A stretch of 64,000 bases of DNA from a virus (IMGVR_UViG_2821013286_000001:1-64000); one strand, 5' to 3'. Numbered from the stretch's first letter, positions 36,370 to 45,250 are shown. Made by a program: numbers and translations. Notes: generated by a model from the letters alone, not told the origin.

Positions 36370-36783
36370 ATGAAAAAGCTACTCGTATTGGCCTCACTCC
36401 TGGCGGCCACATCCACAGCTTATAGCGAAGAGCCATCTATTGGCGTCCAAATTGCCTGTTCTTCCTTCGAAGGAATGGCCGACAAAATTATACGCATGCG
36501 CATGGATGGAGCAAAACGCGAGGACGTTGAAGCCGTATATACACGGAGCAGCCCATCTAACCCGACGGATCTTTTCTTCCGCGATGCCTCGCTCGAAATT
36601 ATCCGAAGCGCTTTTAAAGGTGACGTGCCGGACAGGGACGCACTCTACACAATCAGGAAAGAAACCAGCCTCGCTTTCTCGAAAGGCTGGCGTGCCGTCT
36701 GTGAGTACCGTTTTGAAAACATGACTTATGATAAGTCCATCTTCAAGATCAAGGACGGCAACGGTAATACTATTGAGCCGTAA
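36370..36783 (+). CDS. secreted protein (signal peptide)
   Basis: MKKLLVLASLLAATSTAYS signal peptide; ATG 36370 in track ORF 36289..36783. Confidence 0.45.
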   Translation: MKKLLVLASLLAATSTAYSEEPSIGVQIACSSFEGMADKIIRMRMDGAKREDVEAVYTRSSPSNPTDLFFRDASLEIIRSAFKGDVPDRDALYTIRKETSLAFSKGWRAVCEYRFENMTYDKSIFKIKDGNGNTIEP

Positions 36784-36855
36784 TTACTTCCAATTCTTAC
36801 CCTCAAACGCGTTTGCTAACTTCTAAACATCAAGAGAATTTAAAGAGGTACACAA

Positions 36856-37278
36856 ATGCGCAGCGTCATCGAGCAAAACATCAAGACAGCCGGACAGCAC
36901 ATTATCGGCGTCTTCGATCCTGAGCAGAAGCGAGACAGCTTCGCATACACTGTCGGCAATGCACCGCAAGGTTTCCCAGAACTCCTTCTGATCGGCAGCT
37001 TTCCACCAAATGTCATGATGATGATGCTGAATGCCGTTGGCACTCATATGCGCAACGCGGAATCGCCGCTCGAAGAAGGTATGCTCGATATCGACTGGAC
37101 CTTCCCTTTCAAGATCCGCAAGACTGGTGAGCGCGCCAAGGCCGACTTCACCGTCCAGGCAGGGCAGTATCTCGGCCGCGAGGACTACGAAGTCCTTCAG
37201 GTCATGATTTGCGACAAGCACGGCAAATATCCCGGTGATGCGGGGGTCGCCGAAGGTTTCGATGTAGAACAGCCATAA
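36856..37278 (+). CDS. hypothetical protein
   Basis: 140 aa; AAGAGG SD. Confidence 0.45.
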   Translation: MRSVIEQNIKTAGQHIIGVFDPEQKRDSFAYTVGNAPQGFPELLLIGSFPPNVMMMMLNAVGTHMRNAESPLEEGMLDIDWTFPFKIRKTGERAKADFTVQAGQYLGREDYEVLQVMICDKHGKYPGDAGVAEGFDVEQP

Positions 37279-37681
37279 TTGACGAGCTGGAGCAGCACAA
37301 ATGACCTGGAAGATAGTGTGAGGGTGGCTCCCTCCGTGAAATGAAGCCCCGGCTGAAAGAAATGTACCGGTTATCACATATTCAGACCCTCTTCGCCGAC
37401 GAGCGCTAGAGTGACATGCCGAGGCAATTTGAAGGCCGCTGTCAGAGAGGGAATGAACTGTCACCGCACCCGTCAGGGCAGTCTTGGTGAGAATAATCAA
37501 TCCGTAGAACTCGCCATGCTGGACGACCGCCAGCGCAAAGCGTTTGAACGGGGTAATCGCTTGATTGCTCACGATCCGCACTTCACCCTCCTCGAAGACG
37601 CATTCCTACATGGTGCTGACGTACGAGGGGCTGTGCTGATCAATGAACAATCGAGACAGAGCCTGTTGCTTTTCGTGACAT

Positions 37682-37711
37682 GCTATGTAAATGAATGTTT
37701 ATACACATAGG
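37682..37711. promoter_or_regulatory. palindromic intergenic element
   Basis: ctatgTAAATGAATGTTTATACAcatagg before the small-peptide gene and the alarmone hydrolase gene. Confidence 0.5.
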
Positions 37712-37718
37712 AATCACA

Positions 37719-37811
37719 TGACACGTCTCTTTCTTATTTCCGTAGGTGTTTATGCGCTGTTCGTGGCCGCCAGCTATGTCAGTCCGTCCGCCAACCTGAT
37801 CCAGTGGTGAA
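37719..37811 (+). CDS. small membrane peptide (30 aa)
   Basis: MTRLFLISVGVYALFVAASYVSPSANLIQW; AGGAAT SD; directly after a palindromic element and before the hydrolase gene. Confidence 0.25.
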
Positions 37812-37814
37812 ACA

Positions 37815-38396
37815 ATGAAGCTCGATCCAATAACGCAGCCCCTCGCCTTCCGTGCACGCATCTACGCCGCTGGCGCACACGCAGCCATTGATCAGCGCCG
37901 CAAATACTCGACAGAGCCATACATCGTTCATCCGATTTCTGTTGCCTGCATTCTGAGTAACTACGGCTATGAGGATGACATTGTCCTGGCTGCGGCGCTG
38001 CTACACGACGTCATCGAGGACACGAAAATTACGGCCGAGGAGCTGCGCAGCGAGTTCAAGCATATTCCTGGCGCCAAGAAGATGATCAAGGCTGTCGTTG
38101 AGCTTACGAACGTCGATCGCTCATTTGGAAATCGAGCGACACGTAAGGCTGAGGACCGTCGTCGCCTGTCTCTCGCAAGCAAAACGGCTCATCTGGTGAA
38201 ATGCGCGGACATTCTGGACAACATCACCGGCATTTCGCAGCGCGATCCAAAATTCGGAGAAGTGTATGCGTCCGAAGCGCTCCAGACGCTCAATGTGCTG
38301 ACGCTGGCAGATGACGAAATGCTCACGCTCGCCAAACATCGAGCAGACAAAGAACTGCATCAATGCAGCCTTATTAATTCAAAAACAAAGCAATAA
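37815..38396 (+). CDS. small alarmone hydrolase (RelA/SpoT-family HD-domain (p)ppGpp hydrolase)
   Basis: PYIVHPISVACIL...IVLAAALLHDVIEDT matches the SpoT hydrolase core (PYI.HPL.VA.IL....AALLHDVIEDT); 193 aa, no synthetase domain. Confidence 0.75.
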   Translation: MKLDPITQPLAFRARIYAAGAHAAIDQRRKYSTEPYIVHPISVACILSNYGYEDDIVLAAALLHDVIEDTKITAEELRSEFKHIPGAKKMIKAVVELTNVDRSFGNRATRKAEDRRRLSLASKTAHLVKCADILDNITGISQRDPKFGEVYASEALQTLNVLTLADDEMLTLAKHRADKELHQCSLINSKTKQ

Positions 38397-38413
38397 TCGT
38401 CCGCTGTCTACCC

Positions 38414-38438
38414 ATTTGTATAAATGTTTATATTAATC
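38414..38438. promoter_or_regulatory. palindromic intergenic element
   Basis: tttgTATAAATGTTTATATtaatc after the alarmone hydrolase gene. Confidence 0.5.
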
Positions 38439-38568
38439 ATGAGCAACGAATAAGAAACAAGAGATTTTTAGAGAAGCATTTTGGTTTCCTCATGTTGCAA
38501 TACATGAGGTTTCCCGAACGCTTACCACAACAATACTCGGAACGTTCGATTTTGAAGATCACAAAAGC

Positions 38569-38862
38569 ATGAAAGGAAATATTATGCGCAATTTCAAGTA
38601 CGTTCTTCTTGCAGCAGGCGCCATCGTTGTCGGTGGTTTCGCATACGCAAACTATGCCGAGGCGGCTCCACTCACGAGCGAACAGCACCAGGGCGCCAGC
38701 CGCTCCGAACGCTCCGATCGCGGCGACAGCGAAAGCGGCAAGGGTGAAAATGGCGGCAAGGGCAACGCAGGCAATTCTGGCTCCGAAGGCTCCGCATCGT
38801 CTGGCGGTGATACCTCCGGTGGCGAAGGCGGTGAAGGTTCCGGCAATAGCGCATCGAAGTAA
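38569..38862 (+). CDS. secreted/membrane-anchored Gly/Ser-rich low-complexity protein
   Basis: N-terminal hydrophobic segment then GDSESGKGENGGKGNAGNSGSEGSASSGGDTSGGEGGEGSGNS. Confidence 0.4.
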   Translation: MKGNIMRNFKYVLLAAGAIVVGGFAYANYAEAAPLTSEQHQGASRSERSDRGDSESGKGENGGKGNAGNSGSEGSASSGGDTSGGEGGEGSGNSASK

Positions 38863-38882
38863 CGCGTAAAAGGTGCGCTTAA

Positions 38883-38915
38883 AGTCCCGTCAGTTGCTCC
38901 CGACTGACGGGATTA
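38883..38915 (+). terminator. hairpin TCCCGTCAGT-tgctcccg-ACTGACGGGA
   Basis: 10-bp stem after the Gly/Ser-rich gene; weak T run. Confidence 0.35.
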
Positions 38916-38936
38916 TTAAACGCAAGGAAACAAAAC

Positions 38937-39137
38937 ATGGATTCTCTCAAGCTCATTTGGGAAACACCAGCTGACAAGCCTGAAGGCTGGCATCGTCTCG
39001 TAATCTGCGAGTGGAATGGTCGCTGCTATGAGATCCTCGACATTATCGAGAGCAACGATCCGGCATTTCTCGAACGCAAACTGATTGAGCGAACAACTCC
39101 ATGGAAGGGACGAGCTGCGCTCGCCAAAGCAGCATAA
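38937..39137 (+). CDS. hypothetical protein
   Basis: 66 aa after a hairpin. Confidence 0.35.
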   Translation: MDSLKLIWETPADKPEGWHRLVICEWNGRCYEILDIIESNDPAFLERKLIERTTPWKGRAALAKAA

Positions 39138-39175
39138 TAACTTTATAACTGCGGGATCAATCAGGAGCCTGCAGA

Positions 39176-39408
39176 TGACGACAAAGAATGATGTTTACAA
39201 TCATATCGGCGAAGCCCTTCAAGATCATTTACCAGAAGATGGCTCCGCTGAGATCGGTATGGATCACAACAAGCTCTTTTTGAGAATGGGTGGTCAGGTA
39301 TTCGCCATTTCAGTCGAAGAGAAACAGCAATTTCGGAGCGTTGATAAGCCAATCGAGGCGGCTAGAAATTTTATGGCTACCCTGCCCTACTGGCCTTGGC
39401 GACGTTAA
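39176..39408 (+). CDS. hypothetical protein
   Basis: In-frame ATG in track ORF 39085..39408. Confidence 0.35.
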
Positions 39409-39507
39409 GTGCATAATCAGCGGCTATTTTCAGTGCCGTGTAGAATAATTATTGAACGCCATTTAATTCATTCCTATTGACTGAATTTCATCACGAAAGG
39501 GGCTTTT

Positions 39508-39915
39508 ATGATCCGCTATATTCTTCCACTCGCCTTGCTGGCACTCACCGGCTGTCAAACTGCCGGAAACGTCAACGACAATATGCTTGCCGGCCAGAAG
39601 CCAGCGACTGCAGCCGACCGCCGCAGTATCGCAGAGCATGCGCGTGTTCACATGAAAGACCCCTACTCCATCCGTGATGCGGAAATTTCATACACGATGC
39701 CGAACGGCAAGCGGAACGGTCAGGACGTTCGCTTCGTATGCTTCCGTGCAAATGCCAAGAATTCCTATGGAGCCTACACCGGGATTCAGTCCCACTCGGC
39801 TGGTCTTTATCCAGATGGTTCGCTTACGGATGTCAGCTCAAATGTCCATTGGTGCAATAAGCCTGGCATGAAGTGGCAGCGCTTCTCGGAGTTAGAAAAC
39901 ATTAGAAGTCTCTAA
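39508..39915 (+). CDS. lipoprotein
   Basis: Signal peptide with lipobox LALTGC; followed by an intrinsic terminator. Confidence 0.5.
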   Translation: MIRYILPLALLALTGCQTAGNVNDNMLAGQKPATAADRRSIAEHARVHMKDPYSIRDAEISYTMPNGKRNGQDVRFVCFRANAKNSYGAYTGIQSHSAGLYPDGSLTDVSSNVHWCNKPGMKWQRFSELENIRSL

Positions 39916-39931
39916 TGTGTGCCAATCAAAA

Positions 39932-39958
39932 GGGGAGCTTCGCAGCTCCTCTTTTTTA
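39932..39958 (+). terminator. rho-independent terminator
   Basis: GGGGAGCT-tcgc-AGCTCCTC followed by TTTTTT; after the lipoprotein gene. Confidence 0.65.
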
Positions 39959-40364
39959 TATCTACTGTCCTATCGATACCCTGAAATCAATTTGTTAAAA
40001 AGAATAATCAGAACAAACATTTACAAGGTAGTTGCTGTTAGAATCCCAGAACTCAAGTTTTGAATTTTTCTAGACATATAGAATTATAGGTTTATAGTTA
40101 TAGAGAATTAGTCATTGCGGTTTTTCTGTCTTTTTCCCGCAATGACATGACGCGCAGCCGAAGGTCGTGTCAGTCATGAAACAACATCGGCAGCCAGAGC
40201 ATGGGTTCCTCCATTCTTTCATGTGATCTGGCCGTGTATCGCACGAACAGCGAGAGCCGTGTATTTGCCAATGCGCGCACCAAAAACAGGAGAGAAGCCA
40301 TGTCACCGGTTTCTCTCCTGTTTCGTTTTATGCTAAGCGGAATCAAATCAATGAAGAGCCTCTT

Positions 40365-40640
40365 ATGCAGATCAATCTCGGAAAAACTCAGCTAGAAGAA
40401 TTCGCCGAGCGTGAGGCGGAGCTGGAAAGACAGATCGCCGCCAAGCGAGCATATGATGCAAGTGTCGCCGGACAGCTTAGCGTAGGCATTCTCGCCAGTG
40501 GCGTGCTCAGTCTTGTTATTGGCATAATGGTGAATAACAATGAAAACGTGGATAGCACGTTCGTTCTGTCCCTGATTTGCGTAGCGGTCGCATTCGTCTT
40601 ATATTTGGGTGGTAAACGCCTAGCCGCAGGAGCGGATTAA
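40365..40640 (+). CDS. small membrane protein
   Basis: Coiled N-terminus then two hydrophobic helices. Confidence 0.35.
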   Translation: MQINLGKTQLEEFAEREAELERQIAAKRAYDASVAGQLSVGILASGVLSLVIGIMVNNNENVDSTFVLSLICVAVAFVLYLGGKRLAAGAD

Positions 40641-40641
40641 A

Positions 40642-41085
40642 ATGACACCGATGTTATATGTCCTGAGTTTTATGAGCATCGTAATAGCAGCCATCGCTGT
40701 TGGCGGCTTTATGTCATGGCGAGACCGTGCACGCATGCAGTCGGAGCTGAAATTTGTTCGGACCGAGCGTCAGCGTCTTCAAGAGGAAGAAGCCACGAAA
40801 GCCGCCGAGACTGTCTCCCAAGATGAGACGAGCGTCGAGTTGTCCGACAAACTCAGCTGGATTGTGAAGTCGCCACAGAATGTCGCAAAGTATGACTACG
40901 AAGCCGACCTGATCGAGCGGCTCACGCGGCGAAAAGAAGTTCAGGGAAAGATCCGCAACATCGTAGCCAGACACGCTGCTGAGAATAAAAAACCCAGTTT
41001 CGTGTTCGTGAGAAATGCGATCTTTGAAACCGAACAGCCTCTGCGCAGCGTGCGGCACCACCTGAAGGGCACCACTGCTCGCTAA
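40642..41085 (+). CDS. membrane-anchored protein
   Basis: N-terminal TM helix then charged coiled region. Confidence 0.45.
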   Translation: MTPMLYVLSFMSIVIAAIAVGGFMSWRDRARMQSELKFVRTERQRLQEEEATKAAETVSQDETSVELSDKLSWIVKSPQNVAKYDYEADLIERLTRRKEVQGKIRNIVARHAAENKKPSFVFVRNAIFETEQPLRSVRHHLKGTTAR

Positions 41086-41303
41086 TCACTCCCTACTCTC
41101 TTCTGAGGCGCCGGACTGTGTTCTCGTAACACTCTGGCGCCTTGTCGTAAGGTGATGTTCCTGTGAGGCCGCAGCTCAACCACTTTGTCGTAGGCAGACA
41201 CAGCGACATCGAAATTAGCCAAAGCTCCGAGTACCTCGGTAATCCCCCTCCAGTCATGATGCCACTCGTCAATACGAAACCGTAGCTCCGGATGTATGTT
41301 CAT
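41082..41303 (-). CDS. hypothetical protein (convergent with upstream + gene)
   Basis: 73-aa ORF with GGAGTG SD on the minus strand. Confidence 0.35.
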   Translation of the reverse strand: MNIHPELRFRIDEWHHDWRGITEVLGALANFDVAVSAYDKVVELRPHRNITLRQGARVLREHSPAPQKRVGSD

Positions 41304-41659
41304 GTCTCGTCACTCCAATAAGAACAGAACGAGAACATACACCCAAAGCGAAAACTGAATCCACCGCTTTCTAGACGCACATTCTGACAAGTCAGCTTTA
41401 CGTATAGAGACCGAGAGTTGACCGTCCTCACCTACCGAGATTGAAAATACCAAGAGAACGCAACCCCTCGAATTTTGGTTCTCCTTTACGTCAGCTTAGC
41501 GCGAGCTTGGCACGCAGTTGACAGAAACTGCCCAAAACGACCTTTTTGGACGTCAACCTCGGAAACCTCATAGAAGCTCACTGACGAGCGTTTTTAAATT
41601 TCAGGTCACATCATAAGCGAAAACATGAGAACGCTTCTCAGCGCTCAAATCTGACAGCT

Positions 41660-41675
41660 TTCTAGATATCTAGAA
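41660..41675. repeat. perfect 16-bp palindrome TTCTAGATATCTAGAA
   Basis: Read directly from the non-coding hub; TTCTAG half-sites recur elsewhere in intergenic DNA. Confidence 0.55.
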
Positions 41676-41889
41676 CAGTAGAGAACTAGCTATCTTCAAT
41701 TACCGGAACATAGAAGTGAACAACGCTCGAAATCCATAAAGCTAGGCTTCTAGAAACCTACTCACCTATTTCCGATCCGGTAGACCAAAACAGAGAACTC
41801 ACCACGACCGGAACCGGCACCAAATTTCCATATACAGAACGCACCCACTGGAAACGCTGAATTCCCAATGGAAACGGTAGAGAAAAGAA

Positions 41890-42240
41890 CCTCGGAGAAT
41901 TCTCACCTCATAGAAAGACAGAAACCTAGAAAGATAGGCATATAGAGAGAAAGCCTCATAGAAACCTACAGAGACAGATCCATAGAAAGAGAACTACCTG
42001 CGGATATAGAATTCTAGAATTACAGAAAGAAAGGCTCATAGAGAGAAACAGCTAAGAGCATATGCGTAGGAGTGAGAACTGTAGAGAGGTGGCTACGTGA
42101 ATGAGAGAAGTGGCGAGAGAGTAGACGTATGAGTGGAGAGTAGGCTGTGAGAAATAGCGAGAGGTAGAGGGTAGGTGTAGATGAGTGGATAGCGTGAGAA
42201 GGGAGAGGTGGAGAGAAACGTAACGAAGGATGGTGGAGCG
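41890..42240 (+). repeat. purine-rich (GA-rich) low-complexity block on the + strand
   Basis: 42060-42240 is roughly 78% A+G with about 7% C; contains repeated CATAGAAA / TAGAGAG / GAGTGGAGAG words; no credible ORF. Confidence 0.6.
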
Positions 42241-42244
42241 GCGC

Positions 42245-42400
42245 CAGCCAGGCCCTCTTCCTGCCAACCGCCCCGCTCCCCTCCTTCCAGATCCGCAGCC
42301 TAATCCACTCTGGACCAGCCACCGGAACCGCCGCACCCATTCCCGCGAGCCTCTCATGTCCGCAGTTTCCTAGATTCCTGCATTCCTTTAATTCTAGGAA
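42245..42400 (+). repeat. pyrimidine-rich (C-rich) block immediately abutting the purine block
   Basis: ccagccaggccctcttcctgccaaccgccccgctcccctccttcc...; abrupt strand-composition switch at about 42240. Confidence 0.55.
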
Positions 42401-42443
42401 CCGCAACATTTGGAAGCCAAGTTCCGTACATTTATATAAATCT

Positions 42444-42510
42444 ACATTCCTAGATATATATTATATATACATCGCACGGCTTCCAAACACGTCGGGAATG
42501 TGTCCAACTC
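42444..42510 (+). repeat. 55-bp element copy A (alternating TA run + ACATCGCACGGC + AAACACG..AATGTGTC)
   Basis: atatatattatatatacatcgcacggcttccaaacacgtcgggaatgtgtccaactc; about 160 nt upstream of gene 42670. Confidence 0.55.
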
Positions 42511-42669
42511 CTTGAATCTCGCGGCTATCGATGGGTTTCGGTTCCGCATTGTTTGTCTTGCGGTCCGCATCGCCGCGCTTCTAGGAACAAGCTCACCTTT
42601 GCTAAAACGGTAGTCAGAAACAACGAAAGACCGCCACGAAGCGGTCACTCACAAAGCAAGGGTAATGAC

Positions 42670-43491
42670 ATGGCAAACATTTTCAATCTTACCGCCGCTG
42701 ACGCCCACGACCTCGACGCTCTGATTGCGGACGCGCTCATTCAGGAAGAAGCAGAGAAGGCGAAGCTCGATGCTTATGCCGACCAGGCCAAGGAGATCAT
42801 TCAGGCCGAGGCTGTTCGACAGGAGCAGCTGAACGTTCCGGTCATCGAGCGGATCTATATCGACGGCAATCTCAAAGTTACGGCTGACGCCATCGAGATA
42901 GAGCAGGTGGAAGCGTTCTGCGAGCGCATTCGAGCCGAGTTTGTGACACGTGCGGTTTACGAGAAGGAGAAGAATGAGGCGAACGACCGCATTCAGAAGA
43001 CCCTTCACGGCTGTGCAAGCATTCTTGCCTCGATCCGAGGTGCACGCGGTATGCTCGCCTGTGACGTTGATCCGAGCTTCATCAATCGCCATCACCGCGA
43101 TAATCAGCGCTTCAACGTCTACGCCATCGAGAAGGTGGGTAAATTCGTGCAGCAGATGGATTTTGGTGCGATCGGAAACGCCATCAACAATGCCGTGTTC
43201 AAGACCATGTGGAATTTCATGAACGCTGGCGACGAATTCACCATGGACGCAGCCAAGTGTGCAGCGAGTGCTGATATCCGTCTGAAGGACGAGCAGAAGC
43301 GCTGGCACAAGCACCTTGTGCGCCACACAGTCAAATCGACGGTGGCGAGCACGCAGTCATCCTCTACTCTCAACGCCATGGCAGTTCTGGGAATTGCCAA
43401 GCAGACCGGTATGAAGAACGGCGTTGAAGTTTGGCAGATGATCGACGGACCGCAGACACGTCGGATTGCGGATGTTTTGAAGCTGGTCTGA
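42670..43491 (+). CDS. hypothetical protein (first gene downstream of the non-coding hub)
   Basis: MANIFNLTAADAHDLD... (274 aa) starts at an in-frame ATG of track ORF 42553..43491. Confidence 0.5.
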   Translation: MANIFNLTAADAHDLDALIADALIQEEAEKAKLDAYADQAKEIIQAEAVRQEQLNVPVIERIYIDGNLKVTADAIEIEQVEAFCERIRAEFVTRAVYEKEKNEANDRIQKTLHGCASILASIRGARGMLACDVDPSFINRHHRDNQRFNVYAIEKVGKFVQQMDFGAIGNAINNAVFKTMWNFMNAGDEFTMDAAKCAASADIRLKDEQKRWHKHLVRHTVKSTVASTQSSSTLNAMAVLGIAKQTGMKNGVEVWQMIDGPQTRRIADVLKLV

Positions 43492-43707
43492 CGCCGCTAA
43501 GCGCCTACTCTACGGAATAGCCAGGTTCGCGCCTGGCTTTCTCCGTTTCCGGGAACGGCGGTTATTTCTCATAAGGCAAACAGGACCAGGAAGCGGCGCT
43601 GGCGGTCGTGAGAAATCCATAGGAAGAGCCATAGGCGCGTCCGGTGGCTCATTGAGCACAATTCCACCAGTTGGCAACACGGAACGCGTCAGCGCCTCAA
43701 TTTCAGC

Positions 43708-43750
43708 GTTTTAGGCGTATCTATCTTTCTATAAATCTATGTTCATAGAA
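43708..43750 (+). repeat. promoter-like cassette copy 1 (TTTTAGGCGTATCT..TTTCTATAAATCTA..TTCATAGAA)
   Basis: gttttaggcgtatctatctttctataaatctatgttcatagaa; 35 nt upstream of ATG 43785. Confidence 0.6.
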
Positions 43751-43784
43751 ATGCAGAACGCTAAATCGTTAGAAAGATAGAGAA

Positions 43785-44009
43785 ATGGCAGAACATACCT
43801 ACCTGCGAGCGCTTGAGACCAAGTTAGCGCGGTCTGTCGCCACTGACCTGGCCGATAAGCTCTGCGATCAGACGCATGAGGAGTTCCAGGAGCTGGTCGC
43901 CGCTAAGCGCCGCAGTCTGCCAAAGGTGGTTTGGGAAGACGTGATCGACTTCTTCGCCGATCTGACGACCAAGAGCCACATCCAAGCCGCTTATATGCTG
44001 GAGGCATGA
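43785..44009 (+). CDS. hypothetical small protein (cassette gene 1)
   Basis: Preceded 35 nt upstream by a repeated promoter-like cassette. Confidence 0.45.
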   Translation: MAEHTYLRALETKLARSVATDLADKLCDQTHEEFQELVAAKRRSLPKVVWEDVIDFFADLTTKSHIQAAYMLEA

Positions 44010-44293
44010 CCATGCTGACAAACGGAACAACTGATGGCGTGACGCTCGAAGAGGAAGAGCAGATCAGACGGCTGCTTCCGGAACGTCTCAAGCGCTTTGT
44101 GCTGGAATTCATCAATGAGCCTATTCCGTGGCGTTGGCTATGGAACGCTTACCTGACGCGCGGAGAAGATGACCTCATGAAGCTTTTGGAAGTCGCCAAC
44201 GTCAAAATGCATGCAAATGCGATGGGTGAGGACTTCTACCGGTACGTCAGCCCTTATCGAGACCTCGAAAGACCCGCAACATCGCGCTTTTAG
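44006..44293 (+). CDS. hypothetical protein
   Basis: ATGA overlap; 95 aa. Confidence 0.4.
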   Translation: MTMLTNGTTDGVTLEEEEQIRRLLPERLKRFVLEFINEPIPWRWLWNAYLTRGEDDLMKLLEVANVKMHANAMGEDFYRYVSPYRDLERPATSRF

Positions 44294-44329
44294 GCGTAAC
44301 TGCATTTCTATAAATCTAGCTTCATAGAA
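44287..44329 (+). repeat. promoter-like cassette copy 2
   Basis: cttttaggcgtaactgcatttctataaatctagcttcatagaa; 20 nt upstream of ATG 44349; about 85% identical to copy 1. Confidence 0.6.
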
Positions 44330-44348
44330 CGCTAGAAAGGTAAATACT

Positions 44349-44633
44349 ATGTCCATGAGCTATTCCGCTACCCTGAACAGCTACGATCCAGCGTCCAATT
44401 CGATGACGGTAGATGTTCGTCGCTTAGAAGAGCCGAACGAGACGTTTCTGGTCGAAGCCTATATCGACTCGCGTATCTTCGGAATTCGCGATACCACCGA
44501 CCACACAGGTGATGCGGAAGACGATTATGCAGCCGAGGTTCTCTATCATTTCCTCAAGGCGCATAAACATGCTGTAGCCGCCCACCGACCTACCGTCATA
44601 GATGGCGTATTTCTGTTTTCCATAAACGTCTGA
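44349..44633 (+). CDS. hypothetical small protein (cassette gene 2)
   Basis: Preceded by cassette copy 2; followed by an intrinsic terminator. Confidence 0.45.
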   Translation: MSMSYSATLNSYDPASNSMTVDVRRLEEPNETFLVEAYIDSRIFGIRDTTDHTGDAEDDYAAEVLYHFLKAHKHAVAAHRPTVIDGVFLFSINV

Positions 44634-44637
44634 TCTA

Positions 44638-44662
44638 AAGCGCCCATGTGGCGCTTTTTCTT
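44638..44662 (+). terminator. rho-independent terminator
   Basis: AGCGCC-catgtg-GCGCT followed by TTTTTCTTT; after cassette gene 2. Confidence 0.6.
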
Positions 44663-44788
44663 TACCAGGCTATGCGGACCAGGCCGAGGCTGTGGCGGCT
44701 GATCCCGTTCCCTGTCCCAACGCCGAGCAGCTCACCAGGTTTCACCCATCTGAACCCGCTACAAATGTTTCTAGATCCGCAACGTTCT

Positions 44789-44835
44789 GTTTTTAGGCTT
44801 ATCTAGCTTTCTATAAAACTAGATTCATAGAGAGC
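44789..44835 (+). repeat. promoter-like cassette copy 3
   Basis: gtttttaggcttatctagctttctataaaactagattcatagaga; 41 nt upstream of ATG 44876. Confidence 0.6.
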
Positions 44836-44875
44836 AACAAATGAATAGCTCTAGAAAAACAGAAGGATAGGTAAC

Positions 44876-45250
44876 ATGAACAACGCCACTCAGATCGCAG
44901 ACAAGATTGCCAATGAACTCGTTCACGTCTCCGAAATGATGAATGCCGTTGCGACTGCCGATATCACCAATCTCACACGTCAACCTGTCTCCAAGCGCGA
45001 GACCTCGCCGGTCCGCAAGCTTCAGATCCTCAAAGAAATGCAGCAGGAAGTGTATGCGCGTAACAAAGCAGCCGTCGAGAAGGTTCTGACAAGCCGCACC
45101 TCGTTCGGTGATGACTTCCCTGACATGGTGCAAGACCGCTTCAAGGACATCGATCGCTCGCGTCGTGCAGAGCGTATGTTCCACGCAAAGCGCAAGCGTG
45201 AGCGTGCCGAGCTGATCGCCGCTGCAAAGCTCGCACGTGAGGAGCGATAA
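44876..45250 (+). CDS. hypothetical protein with basic C-terminus (cassette gene 3)
   Basis: Preceded by cassette copy 3; C-terminal FHAKRKRERAELIAAAKLAREER. Confidence 0.45.
   Translation: MNNATQIADKIANELVHVSEMMNAVATADITNLTRQPVSKRETSPVRKLQILKEMQQEVYARNKAAVEKVLTSRTSFGDDFPDMVQDRFKDIDRSRRAERMFHAKRKRERAELIAAAKLAREER

Noticed and set aside
42020-42409. ORFs 42020..42409(-) and 42052..42357(-) across the purine/pyrimidine blocks
   Set aside because: Translations are low-complexity Ser/Leu/Pro/Thr/His strings produced by reading a homopurine/homopyrimidine tract. Treated as non-coding structure, not genes.
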